Shown: piece by piece, positions 1 to 8,452 of the stretch
Numbering within the stretch: the first letter of the stretch is position 1
How the letters are laid out: each line of letters begins with the position of its first letter
Assembly (NCBI GenBank): GCA_964632845.1
Contig: CAZWDU010000003.1
Coordinates: forward strand, 84,686-148,685
From: an uncultured Candidatus Bathyarchaeia archaeon
GTDB taxonomy: Archaea > Thermoproteota > Bathyarchaeia > Bathyarchaeales > Bathycorpusculaceae
Length of the DNA stretch: 64,000 nt
Reading direction: 5' to 3'
Notes under the pieces: model-generated
What the model was told of the DNA's origin: nothing
Seen by the model: the letters and a program-made list of their open reading frames with translations, nothing else
Database searches by the model: none
Program-made: the position numbers and the translations under genes

Positions 1-600
1 ACATCTGACTATGCGCTGTACTGGTTTGATTACTTGGCAGGCTACGATACAGTGTTTGTTGAGCTGGCTTGGAATCATAGCAGAGCTCAGAATATAGCAC
101 TATGCAGAGGAGCAGCTACTGCGCAGGGAAAAGATTGGGGTGCTATACTCACTTGGACTTATGATGAGCCGCCTTACTTGGCGAGTGGACCTGAAATTCT
201 CGGCGACATGCTTACAGCCTATGAAGCAGGAGCAAAATACGTCATCGTCTTCAACTACCCAACCTACCCAGAAGACAACCCGTATGGCATACTATCCGAG
301 GAGCATTTTTCTGCCATGCAACAATTCTGGACTTATATGCGCCAGTATCCGGAATATCATGGAAAAGAAAAAGCTCAAGCAGTTTTTGTTCTTCCAAAAG
401 ATTACGGATGGGGAATGCGGAACCCTCAGGACACCATTTGGGGCTTATGGCGTACAGATACCGCTTCACAGCAAATTTGGACGCAGCTTCAAAACAAGCT
501 CCAGCAACACGGCTCAAAACTAGATATCGTCTACGACGACTCAGCCTTCCCGCTTGCAGGGAAATATTCACAAGTTTACTATTGGAACCAAACAAGCTAA
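1..600 (+). CDS. C-terminal part of an uncharacterised protein (5' end lies outside the window)
   Basis: Frame 1 is open from nt 1 to the TAA at 598-600; track ORF 34..600 is its internal-Met version. It is W/Y-rich with no motif I can name. Confidence 0.5.
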   Translation, partial: TSDYALYWFDYLAGYDTVFVELAWNHSRAQNIALCRGAATAQGKDWGAILTWTYDEPPYLASGPEILGDMLTAYEAGAKYVIVFNYPTYPEDNPYGILSEEHFSAMQQFWTYMRQYPEYHGKEKAQAVFVLPKDYGWGMRNPQDTIWGLWRTDTASQQIWTQLQNKLQQHGSKLDIVYDDSAFPLAGKYSQVYYWNQTS

Positions 601-748
601 GAAGAGTTGCGTCAGATTCGGTTTCATTTGCTTTACATAATAGACTATTCTAGGGAAGGACAAAGGTCACAAGCACGGAGATTAAGAATCGTGACCGAAT
701 CAAACCTTTTTCTAGAGGCAACCCTTCACAAATTTAGAGGAAAAGTAA

Positions 749-1006
749 ATGCTCGAATCAGCGGCTAAACAAAAAGGAAAATTCTGGCCTCAAGTTCGAG
801 CTATGATTTGGGAAAAAGCTCAAGAGCTTTATCAGCTAGATGAGGCTAAAGGCATGACTAACGATTTTACAGGAATAACTGCTACCAAAGCTGAACTCAG
901 TGAAGGCGGATATTTCTACGAAGCAAAACTTATCGTACTCCGAGATTTATTTCTACAAAAGAAAAGGTCGTTCCAACTCATGGAAAAAGAAGCTGCAACA
1001 AAATAG
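749..1006 (+). CDS. hypothetical small protein (85 aa)
   Basis: Clean ORF with helical-looking sequence and no recognisable motif. Confidence 0.35.
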   Translation: MLESAAKQKGKFWPQVRAMIWEKAQELYQLDEAKGMTNDFTGITATKAELSEGGYFYEAKLIVLRDLFLQKKRSFQLMEKEAATK

Positions 1007-1060
1007 CTCAAGGTTAAGTTCTTAGAATCGAATGTTTGCACAATACGTGGGCTAACGAGT

Positions 1061-1396
1061 TCAAGGTCGCTTCTGCGGAATGTACTGAAGCGAAATTGAC
1101 AATCGACTATGGCTCAAGCTATCACGCAAGTCATGATTCATACCCGAATCCTCAAGTCCAACCGTCGCATGACCCACGCGTTTAACTTTCCAGTTCTCAA
1201 GGTTTCCGCGTACAATCTGCGGGTTGCTAGTCACAATGAAGAATGGCATCCGAGTTTGCCTAGTGTAGAGTTCAGCGATGAAATTCAGCAACCGCTTGCC
1301 GATGCCGACGCCTTGGTAATCAGGTAACACAACCAGGCGGCTTACTCGGAAGTATCGGCTGCACATGTGAACGTGGATTACAGCGATGAATGCCAC
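1061..1396 (-). CDS. GNAT N-acetyltransferase domain; the frame is open upstream to nt 1543, so it is probably the C-terminal half of an ABC-ATPase/GNAT fusion
   Basis: GNAT motif A 'RLVVLPDYQGVGIGKRLL'. The upstream in-frame sequence 'VELRVYRCGHSAWKIFRQYHYLNGSLAPHCRCYVAIYHGVPVAF' reads as the missing GNAT N-terminal strands and has no start codon. Confidence 0.7.
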   Translation of the reverse strand: MAFIAVIHVHMCSRYFRVSRLVVLPDYQGVGIGKRLLNFIAELYTRQTRMPFFIVTSNPQIVRGNLENWKVKRVGHATVGLEDSGMNHDLRDSLSHSRLSISLQYIPQKRP

Positions 1397-1452
1397 AGGT
1401 ACACCATGGTAAATCGCGACGTAGCATCGGCAATGTGGCGCAAGGGAACCGT

Positions 1453-2139
1453 TTAGATAGTGATATTGTCGAAAAATTTTCCAAGCGGAGTGGCCGCACC
1501 GATAAACTCTGAGTTCAACGGGCGGCCTGACTCTTTTTTTCGGTCAAACACCATCGTGTCCGTGCAGAAAACCCAGTCAGGCTCCAACCAATCCACAACA
1601 TCATAATGGCACGTTACCGCAATGAACCGTTTTCCCTTTTGGCGCCGGACAGCTTTGCCGATGGCGAACGCGGCAACTTTCGCAACTTCACGATCAACCA
1701 CACTGGTGAACTCATCGAAAACAATCAATTCCTTCCCAGAACAAAGTGCGCGGGCGACGTCGACCCGCATCTTCTCACCCTGACTCAAGCAATCATAGCT
1801 CTTGAGCCAGTCAGGCGGCGAAGCAAACCCCACACTGCACAGAATTCGCGTGATCTCAGCCGTCCCAAGCTCCTCGGGAAAATCATCCAAAACGCAAGAA
1901 TGCGTATACTCAAAGCCTTTCACGTAGGCGTCGGGGAAAAGCTGCTTGGCTATGCTGGTTTTGCCTGTTCCGCTCCTGCCGACGATGACTCCAACTTGCC
2001 AGTCAAAGTCTTCAAAGGACAACTCGCCTCGAAAGCATTTCTCCAGCTTAACATCTGAAAGTGTGTATGAACCGACTACGCTCTGAGCTCTGAAACTCTG
2101 GGGTTGGTTCCAGCTTTTTACAAATTCAAAACGCGGCAT
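1453..2139 (-). CDS. compact ABC-type ATPase (228 aa as an ORF)
   Basis: Walker A 'GRSGTGKTS', signature-like 'LSQGEKMR', Walker B 'LIVFDEFTSVVD' and H-loop 'VTCHYD'. Confidence 0.8.
   Translation of the reverse strand: MPRFEFVKSWNQPQSFRAQSVVGSYTLSDVKLEKCFRGELSFEDFDWQVGVIVGRSGTGKTSIAKQLFPDAYVKGFEYTHSCVLDDFPEELGTAEITRILCSVGFASPPDWLKSYDCLSQGEKMRVDVARALCSGKELIVFDEFTSVVDREVAKVAAFAIGKAVRRQKGKRFIAVTCHYDVVDWLEPDWVFCTDTMVFDRKKESGRPLNSEFIGAATPLGKFFDNITI
1534..1540 (-). other. A7 run (A_AAA_AAA in the ATPase frame); a -1 shift here joins the ATPase frame to the GNAT frame
   Basis: Minus strand reads GAC CGA AAA AAA GAG. The -1 frame continues AGA GTC AGG CCG ... into the GNAT ORF without a stop. Confidence 0.5.
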
Positions 2140-2681
2140 TTCAAACCCTCAGCCACAAACCGTTCAAACTTCGCTTTCTGGTCAGCCTCATCCTTACACT
2201 CTATTATCAGTTCGTAGGTTTCAGGAACCGCACCCATGCGCTCTACTGGACCGCCGAGGTCTTCAGGCAGCTTTTCTCCAATGGATTGCAGCAGTTTTTC
2301 AAGATTATCTTTCTCTCCAGCTTCAATGATTCGACCATACTCTTCAAGGTCTAAGGCGCGTTGATGCTTACCCTTCAGCTTGTTCATGACCTGCCTAAGC
2401 AAGCGCCTGTCAACTTCTGAGACGGGCAGGCGCAGAACTGGGGCGAAGAATTCACCGTGAGTTTTGCAGACCGCAGCACGTTGCTCTCCGTCAGCGAACA
2501 CTCCATCTTTGTTGGTGAGGATTGGGTAGGTCCAACCGTACTTCTGAAGACTAACCCAAACCTGCTCCTGCTGTTTCAAACTCATCTTGTTCGGATTCTG
2601 GCCGTCACTCTTGAGGAGGCGGATGTCCTCTATGAGGTTGACGAAAGCCTCTGGTACACGAATCTTAGTTTGTGATGACAT
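2118..2681 (-). CDS. ParB/Srx N-terminal-domain protein (about 187 aa from the internal ATG at 2681)
   Basis: 'DGQNPNKMSLKQQEQVWVSLQKYGWTYPILTNKDGVFADGEQRAAV' fits the ParB-NTD pattern (NPx..., GxxRxxA arginine patch). Its end overlaps the ATPase start by 22 nt. Confidence 0.65.
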   Translation of the reverse strand: MSSQTKIRVPEAFVNLIEDIRLLKSDGQNPNKMSLKQQEQVWVSLQKYGWTYPILTNKDGVFADGEQRAAVCKTHGEFFAPVLRLPVSEVDRRLLRQVMNKLKGKHQRALDLEEYGRIIEAGEKDNLEKLLQSIGEKLPEDLGGPVERMGAVPETYELIIECKDEADQKAKFERFVAEGLKCRVLNL

Positions 2682-2745
2682 ATCTTTCACCGGAAACCCT
2701 GAGAAAAATGAAAAAGTGGGAAAATATGGAGAACAAGGCAAGCTC

Positions 2746-3192
2746 CTAATGCGTACCCGAAACAACTAGAACGTTGCTGAAATCCGTAAAGCCCGTCACA
2801 TTCGTAGAAACAGTCAACGTGAACGTCGCCTGAACAACCTGCCCAGCCGACAACACTATTCCCTGTCTATCCCATGCCACAGCAAGATAGGAGCCTGCTA
2901 TTGACGGAGACCAACTTGAAACTGCCAAGCTCAACGTCACCGCAACATTCCCAGTGTTCTTAACGTACACACTCCGAGTCACAGAACTGTCAGGATCCAC
3001 TACGCCCCAATCAATGCTCGTAGCATTCACGGTACAAGCTGAATCCTGATAGACACCCAAGTTAACCGCGATAATATTGCCGTAGCTGCTTATCGACTGC
3101 GAACGGCTCAGTGACGCCACTGCTGTGTATGAAACGAGGACTGCCAAGCAAACCACGAACATGGCACCAGCTAACCTTTTTGATTCATTCAA
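2746..3192 (-). CDS. secreted or membrane-anchored beta-sandwich (Ig/CARDB-like) protein
   Basis: The N-terminus 'KRLAGAMFVVCLAVLVSY' is a signal or class-III-like anchor. 'SVYVKNTGNVAVTLSL' is typical of CARDB-type folds. TTG start with GGGGGTGA upstream. Confidence 0.55.
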   Translation of the reverse strand: MNESKRLAGAMFVVCLAVLVSYTAVASLSRSQSISSYGNIIAVNLGVYQDSACTVNATSIDWGVVDPDSSVTRSVYVKNTGNVAVTLSLAVSSWSPSIAGSYLAVAWDRQGIVLSAGQVVQATFTLTVSTNVTGFTDFSNVLVVSGTH

Positions 3193-3285
3193 ACTTACAA
3201 TTCACCCCCAACGAATAAACAAGAAATGAAAAACGCGATTACTACGAGGATCCTAAGCCTTTGGAATGCTCGCAGTAACCTTGAG

Positions 3286-3459
3286 CTAAGTTTTGGTGTT
3301 GACTCCTTCGCTCCAGAAGCCAACAATTGCAGCTGTCACAGTTCCAGCTAAAGCAGCCTCGGCAGGACGACCCAACGCCAGCAAATAACCGCTTATGCCA
3401 GACCCGACGGTGCCAGCTAAAACAACCAGTTTCTCTTTTGTTGCACTAACCTGAACCAA
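3286..3459 (-). CDS. possible 57-aa membrane protein (below the track cutoff)
   Basis: My translation is LVQVSATKEKLVVLAGTVGSGISGYLLALGRPAEAALAGTVTAAIVGFWSEGVNTKT, with a TTG start 8 nt after GGAGGTGA. It is Gly/Ala-rich and hydrophobic. Confidence 0.3.
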   Translation of the reverse strand: MVQVSATKEKLVVLAGTVGSGISGYLLALGRPAEAALAGTVTAAIVGFWSEGVNTKT

Positions 3460-3504
3460 ACATTTTCACCTCCCTTCCAAATTATTACGATCACCTAGAC
3501 GAGA

Positions 3505-4167
3505 CTAAGCAAAGGTGAACGTCAATCTCCATTCAATCGTCAAAGGAACGCTCGTGTTAACAACGAAAGCAGTGAAGTCACCGTCCGCAGCGCTCAAACG
3601 ACTAAACAAAGCCGTGCCAGCACCGTTGAAATCAGTCCAGCCGAAACCCTGCAAACCAGTCTGCAGATAGAGGAACAAGCCAAGTTCTGAAACCGTAATA
3701 GCAGTCAGCGATCCAGCGTTCCACGTCGCTGTCCAAGATACACGATAAGTTCCGCCGCCTGGAGAAGACGTGGCGCCAGCTTGAGAATCAGGACCTGTCC
3801 CAACAGGCGTAGTCAATCCAGTTGTGGTTCCCTGAGTAACGTTTCCGCCAGTTCCAAGCCGCATGTACGTATAGACTCTACCAGTCCACTCACGAGAGAA
3901 GAGATACTTGTAGCTTGAAGAGGCGTTCGTAGTAGAAGCAGATAAAGCATTGATCAAGTGGACTAAGCCCTGGTTGACGATGTGACCTTTGCTTGCGAAC
4001 TTGAGTTTGGCGCCTTCATAAACAAGAATTTCATCAGTTACTTTGACGACGTCGCCGAATGTGTTTCTGCGTTTGAAGACGTCTTTAATTTTCTGCCTTG
4101 AGAGGCAAAGCATACGCTTCAGGTTGTTGTATTCCGCAGTTGTTAGCGGTCTTCTTGGTAATTCCAT
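3505..4167 (-). CDS. putative tail fibre / receptor-binding protein
   Basis: It is the last large gene of the tail module. The middle is Gly/Thr-rich and the C-terminus is beta-rich. Confidence 0.45.
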   Translation of the reverse strand: MELPRRPLTTAEYNNLKRMLCLSRQKIKDVFKRRNTFGDVVKVTDEILVYEGAKLKFASKGHIVNQGLVHLINALSASTTNASSSYKYLFSREWTGRVYTYMRLGTGGNVTQGTTTGLTTPVGTGPDSQAGATSSPGGGTYRVSWTATWNAGSLTAITVSELGLFLYLQTGLQGFGWTDFNGAGTALFSRLSAADGDFTAFVVNTSVPLTIEWRLTFTFA

Positions 4168-4185
4168 TTTTGTTTTGCACCTCCA

Positions 4186-4437
4186 TTAAGAATTCGTAAT
4201 TGTCGTTGATTCTGAATAGATCGGGGCATCTTCGCCCACTTTTCCATCTGCCTGAAGCATGTCCTCCATCTCGCCGAAAGAATCATCAAACATCTTTGCT
4301 TCAGCCAAAACAAAAACTTCAGTCGGAACAGGATGATCGCCAATGCTTCCTCTTAGATAAGCGATGAACCCGCTCTCTTGCCCCATGTTCCAAGCATTCT
4401 CCCTTCCAACTTGTCCCCTAATGATTTCTACTGGCAT
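4186..4437 (-). CDS. hypothetical virion-module protein (83 aa)
   Basis: Sits tightly between the baseplate and fibre genes and is acidic. Confidence 0.4.
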   Translation of the reverse strand: MPVEIIRGQVGRENAWNMGQESGFIAYLRGSIGDHPVPTEVFVLAEAKMFDDSFGEMEDMLQADGKVGEDAPIYSESTTITNS

Positions 4438-4446
4438 TTTTCACCC

Positions 4447-6558
4447 TCACTCATTTGTAATCGTTAGCTCCTCGGAAAAATCTGGAAAATCTTCCCTCGC
4501 AATGTTCTCGTTCATGCTCTGAACGTGAGTCTCGGCATAGACGCAGACTTCCCCAACCTGTTTGGTTCCGCCGTGGTTCACGTAGAGAGATTCAGTCATG
4601 TTGAACTCAAGCTGGCGTCTCTCTTCCAAAAGTGAAGCTTGAGGCGCAGAATTACATTGAATCTCATCTTCGAAGCGAATCAGCTCGATTGGGTCGAAGA
4701 GGATGGCGTCTGAGAAAAGCGCTTGCTCCAAGCTCTGCAGGTACCCGTCTGCCAGGTTGATAGTTATGAAGCCGAATTCTTCTTCGGGCGGCGGTTCTTC
4801 CTCTTCGCCAGTTCCGCCACCCTGAGCGTTATTAAGCCCAGAATCCTTAGCTGATAGCGCCTCTTGAAAGGCCACTAAGGCGTCAGCGAGTTTGAATCCT
4901 CGGTTTTGAAAAAGAACAGCTGTCTTCACGCCTCTAGCTGAGAAGCTGAACTCAACACTTTTAACTTCGCCATTAAACTCGTTTAAGCCGACTTCTGTGT
5001 TGGTGATTGTCGCCATGCAGTAGAGTTCGATAGGCACGATGTTCTGGGTTGTTAAAGCGATTTCCTTAGTGAGTTCCTTGTACTTCTGAAGCAAGCCTTG
5101 AGCTTTGGCTTGAGTGGCTGCCTGAGAGGATAGGCTTGTGTCTTTGAAGGTTTTGTCACGACGCCAGTAACTGCTCCCACTGGTTGAATCGTGCGCTGTG
5201 TACTCGTAGGGTGCGCCAGAACTGGTTTTTCCAACTTGATGGACGTAGTTTACGACTTCGTCGATGTCCCTGTTGCTGATGTTGAATTGGTCAGTTTTGC
5301 TCTTGAACGGAATACTGCTTTGGCTTCGGGCAAGGCTGAACGGCATGAAGTAGACGGTTTTGTTGAAATCGACGCCCCAAACGAAAACACACGCGTCTGC
5401 AAGCTCCTTAATGATCTTAGAAACCGTTACAGCGTTGTACTCAGCTGAAGTGGGCAAATCCTCTGGGATGCCTTCCAGAACATTGTCATAAGAGAATACG
5501 CCGTCGAAGTAGGTTTTAATCAGGTCCTTAACTATGAAGCCACAAGTCTTGTTCGAGTACGTCTTGTTGTAGGCTTCTCGGAAGTCCAAGCGTTTAGCAT
5601 AGCCTTTCCCGCTCTCAATCTTCAGCCGTGAAGGCGGATAGGTTCTCTCGGGAGCTTCAATGTAGCCTCTGAAAAGTAGGTAGAGGATGGCTTCGGTTCC
5701 CGCTCTTATTTCAATCTCAGATTTGACGCTGAGCTCGTCGTACTTGTTGCCCTCGTTCTTTATGGTTAAAGAGGCCTGTGGATGGCTTCCGTCGCGGAGA
5801 GCAACTCTGAAATCTATCACGTCGTCAGTGATTACTCTCTTTTCCAATCCAGTAACGGAGCTCACGATTGCCTTGGCTTTTCGGGTCTGGTTTCCGAAAA
5901 CAAGCAATGTCTTTGCGTAGAACTCTATTGAATCTGAGGCGTTTGCCATCGCGCTGAAGGCACAGCGAAGCGTTCCTGAAAGGCTCGGGTCACACCAATC
6001 GCTAATTGACCAGACCGTCGAACCATCCGAAGCCAGCTTTATCGTGAGGACAACCTGCAGTTTTGACGTGTCAACCGAGTAAGGTGTGACTTCCATCTCA
6101 ATGATGTACTCGGTTCCAAGTGACCAGGAAACGGCGGAGGTGTTAATTTTAGGCGAGTAGTTCTGCGATAACACAAACTTGAATTTGTTATCAGCTGTAG
6201 TCCCGTAAACATCCGCAACCCACATGCCATAAACTTCGGTTCCAAGAAAGTGACCATCCCGAACGTCAGGCGAGAGAAGATAGAAGTAAAAGCCAAAATC
6301 AATAGGCTTCACCATTACACGAATCTTGAATGGCACTTTAAACTCGGCTCGACTCATCAGATTTAAGCTGCCCCAACCGCTCGAATCAACAGCAGCCGCA
6401 AACCGGCAACCGTTAACTGTCGGCTCAATCGTGCCATCGGTGAAATCCACGCTGGAATTCTCACGCGTGAGGAATGCAAACCATTTTCCTCTATCTGGCG
6501 GATAACCAGCCGTGCCAATGAATGAGTCTTTGAAGAGAACGTTCTTGTACTCACCCAT
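4447..6558 (-). CDS. large tail-tip / baseplate protein (Tal-like, 703 aa)
   Basis: Its size and position directly after the Dit-like gene and the TMP match the siphovirus order. Confidence 0.6.
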   Translation of the reverse strand: MGEYKNVLFKDSFIGTAGYPPDRGKWFAFLTRENSSVDFTDGTIEPTVNGCRFAAAVDSSGWGSLNLMSRAEFKVPFKIRVMVKPIDFGFYFYLLSPDVRDGHFLGTEVYGMWVADVYGTTADNKFKFVLSQNYSPKINTSAVSWSLGTEYIIEMEVTPYSVDTSKLQVVLTIKLASDGSTVWSISDWCDPSLSGTLRCAFSAMANASDSIEFYAKTLLVFGNQTRKAKAIVSSVTGLEKRVITDDVIDFRVALRDGSHPQASLTIKNEGNKYDELSVKSEIEIRAGTEAILYLLFRGYIEAPERTYPPSRLKIESGKGYAKRLDFREAYNKTYSNKTCGFIVKDLIKTYFDGVFSYDNVLEGIPEDLPTSAEYNAVTVSKIIKELADACVFVWGVDFNKTVYFMPFSLARSQSSIPFKSKTDQFNISNRDIDEVVNYVHQVGKTSSGAPYEYTAHDSTSGSSYWRRDKTFKDTSLSSQAATQAKAQGLLQKYKELTKEIALTTQNIVPIELYCMATITNTEVGLNEFNGEVKSVEFSFSARGVKTAVLFQNRGFKLADALVAFQEALSAKDSGLNNAQGGGTGEEEEPPPEEEFGFITINLADGYLQSLEQALFSDAILFDPIELIRFEDEIQCNSAPQASLLEERRQLEFNMTESLYVNHGGTKQVGEVCVYAETHVQSMNENIAREDFPDFSEELTITNE

Positions 6559-7367
6559 TACTCGAACCCTCCCACGTCGTCGACAGCGAAAAAGTAGCTC
6601 TGAGCCTGCGACTTTGTCACAGCCAGTTTTATCATGTCAACTTGTCCCCAGTCCAGGTCGCCAAAATTGGCGAATGAAGTCTTGGGAATGCGAAGCCCAA
6701 GCCATTTGTCGGATTCAGTCAACAAGGCTGAAAAATCATAGGTTGCCGTGTGAACGCCTTCAGTAACAGAGACAACAGCACTGGTAATCTCTGAAATGTT
6801 ATCCATCAACCACCCGAAGCTTACCCAGTCAAAATCCTCAAGGTCGATGGCGTCCAAGGGTTCATACGTCACGTTTACTTCTTCAGATGCTTCAGCGCTG
6901 TGACTAACTTTTAGACAACCTAAACCCTCGAACGGAGTTGGAGCGTCAGAAGCAATAGCGACAACGGCGCCTATTGTCGAACTAGACCAGTCAGCGATTC
7001 CGTCGCACGCATTAACTTGCTTGAATAAGCTTTCCTTCAGCGATAAGCCATATCGGAGGATTTCCACGCCAATCTTGACAAGCTTAACCTCTTTGACAAA
7101 AACAACCGTCTTCACGGCGTCAGAGTCCAGTTCTAAGCTGTTTCCAATGCACTTGAACCGTTGGAACTGTTTGAAATCATCGTATCTGCTGGTTCCTCGT
7201 AGTATTCCAGAAAGCTCTATCGTAGAGGCAAGCTCTCCAAGGTCCTGACTGCCTGAACCGCGAGCAGTTGGCAAGTCGATGTCTTCAAGCCTTTTTCTAT
7301 CCGAAAAGCTGAGTCCATTAACGATGCCGAGATTTAGATCGCCAAGCGTAACTGTCATTTTGGTCAC
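6558..7367 (-). CDS. distal tail protein (Dit-like)
   Basis: 269 aa, immediately downstream of the TMP, with a 4-nt overlap at its start and a 1-nt overlap at its end. Confidence 0.5.
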   Translation of the reverse strand: MTKMTVTLGDLNLGIVNGLSFSDRKRLEDIDLPTARGSGSQDLGELASTIELSGILRGTSRYDDFKQFQRFKCIGNSLELDSDAVKTVVFVKEVKLVKIGVEILRYGLSLKESLFKQVNACDGIADWSSSTIGAVVAIASDAPTPFEGLGCLKVSHSAEASEEVNVTYEPLDAIDLEDFDWVSFGWLMDNISEITSAVVSVTEGVHTATYDFSALLTESDKWLGLRIPKTSFANFGDLDWGQVDMIKLAVTKSQAQSYFFAVDDVGGFE

Positions 7368-8446
7368 CTCGGCACAAAGAACGTCTGAGCCTTCAAGTCC
7401 GAGCGCACAATTCGGCTTAGATGCTCGTAGGCAGCTTCAGCAAATTCCCGCGGATCCTGAGCATTACTTAAACTGCCCTCTGGGAAATTAAACGTAGGTG
7501 CCAAGACCAAAGTTTGAGAACCAGCATTCCCAGAAACTCTATCCAATGGAATAACAGCCTCAGCTCCAGCCTCACCAATCAAAGCGACTGTGGGCTTGGT
7601 GACTATGCCTCCTTCCGCCAGCCCGATGAGTCCCTTAATTCCAGCGATACCGGCTCCAACGGCAGCCAAAATCACAGGCACAGCTACACCAAGCGTCACC
7701 GTACCCTGAAACGCCATCCAAGCAACAGTCGCAGCAACAACCGCAGCGATTCCAACCATCAACGCAGAAGCAATACCACGCAAATTTTCAGGAAGAGCCT
7801 TCAACAATGCGTCTCCAGCTAAGAAACCTCCGATGAAGGCGCCTACGCCGAGCGCTGCAGTCTTCGCACTGATGCCAACGTTGTTAATCCTGCTTGAAAC
7901 ATTGCTTAGCATTCCAGTGACGTCGGGAAAATTCTTCCAAACACGACTTAAACTATCAACCATAGAAATGCTCGTGGGAATAACCTGCAATGCGCTTCGC
8001 ATCATAGCCTCGTTCATGTTTCCCTGAACAACTTCCGCTTTTTCAACAGCGAGTTGATAGCGATCCTGAGCCAGCTTCAGGTCGTCAGCTGCGGCTTTAG
8101 CCTGGTCACTATCGGCTCCATACTTTTCAACGGCAACGTTTAATCGCCTCTGAGCATCCTCGACGCTGTTTAGGCTGCTCTTGACTTGGAGGTTGGCTCG
8201 GTCAAGCGAAACCTGCATATCCTGAACACGGTCAACCGCATCATAGAGGCTGAAGGCGCTCGTGGCAAGGTTGTTAAAGCCTAACGCAAGGTCCTTAGTG
8301 CTGGCTTCGCTTTGTTTCTGAGCCTCAGAAACTCGTTTTCCAGCATCCTCGACTTCTTTAAGGCTACCGTTGATTTTGGTTCCAGCGTCCGCTATGGTTT
8401 TACTTGCCTCATCCGTAGCTTTCAGAAGTACATTGATTTCGCTCAT
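7364..8446 (-). CDS. tail tape measure protein
   Basis: The N-terminal half is coiled-coil, the middle is Gly/Ala-rich and hydrophobic, and the C-terminal motif 'GGIVTKPTVALIGEAGAEAVIPL' is typical of TMPs. Confidence 0.8.
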   Translation of the reverse strand: MSEINVLLKATDEASKTIADAGTKINGSLKEVEDAGKRVSEAQKQSEASTKDLALGFNNLATSAFSLYDAVDRVQDMQVSLDRANLQVKSSLNSVEDAQRRLNVAVEKYGADSDQAKAAADDLKLAQDRYQLAVEKAEVVQGNMNEAMMRSALQVIPTSISMVDSLSRVWKNFPDVTGMLSNVSSRINNVGISAKTAALGVGAFIGGFLAGDALLKALPENLRGIASALMVGIAAVVAATVAWMAFQGTVTLGVAVPVILAAVGAGIAGIKGLIGLAEGGIVTKPTVALIGEAGAEAVIPLDRVSGNAGSQTLVLAPTFNFPEGSLSNAQDPREFAEAAYEHLSRIVRSDLKAQTFFVPR

Positions 8447-8452
8447 AACAGT

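Noticed and set aside
1021-1029. The 9-mer CTTAGAATC at 1021 and again at 20275-20283 as possible element-end repeats
   Set aside because: It is too short to be significant, and the second copy lies inside the element rather than at a boundary.
600-1060. Search for a duplicated tRNA-Asn 3' segment (attL/attR) at the left edge of the provirus
   Set aside because: I found only weak resemblance ('aatcaaaccttt' against 'cttgaaccttt'). By eye I cannot define att sites, and this needs a computed repeat search.
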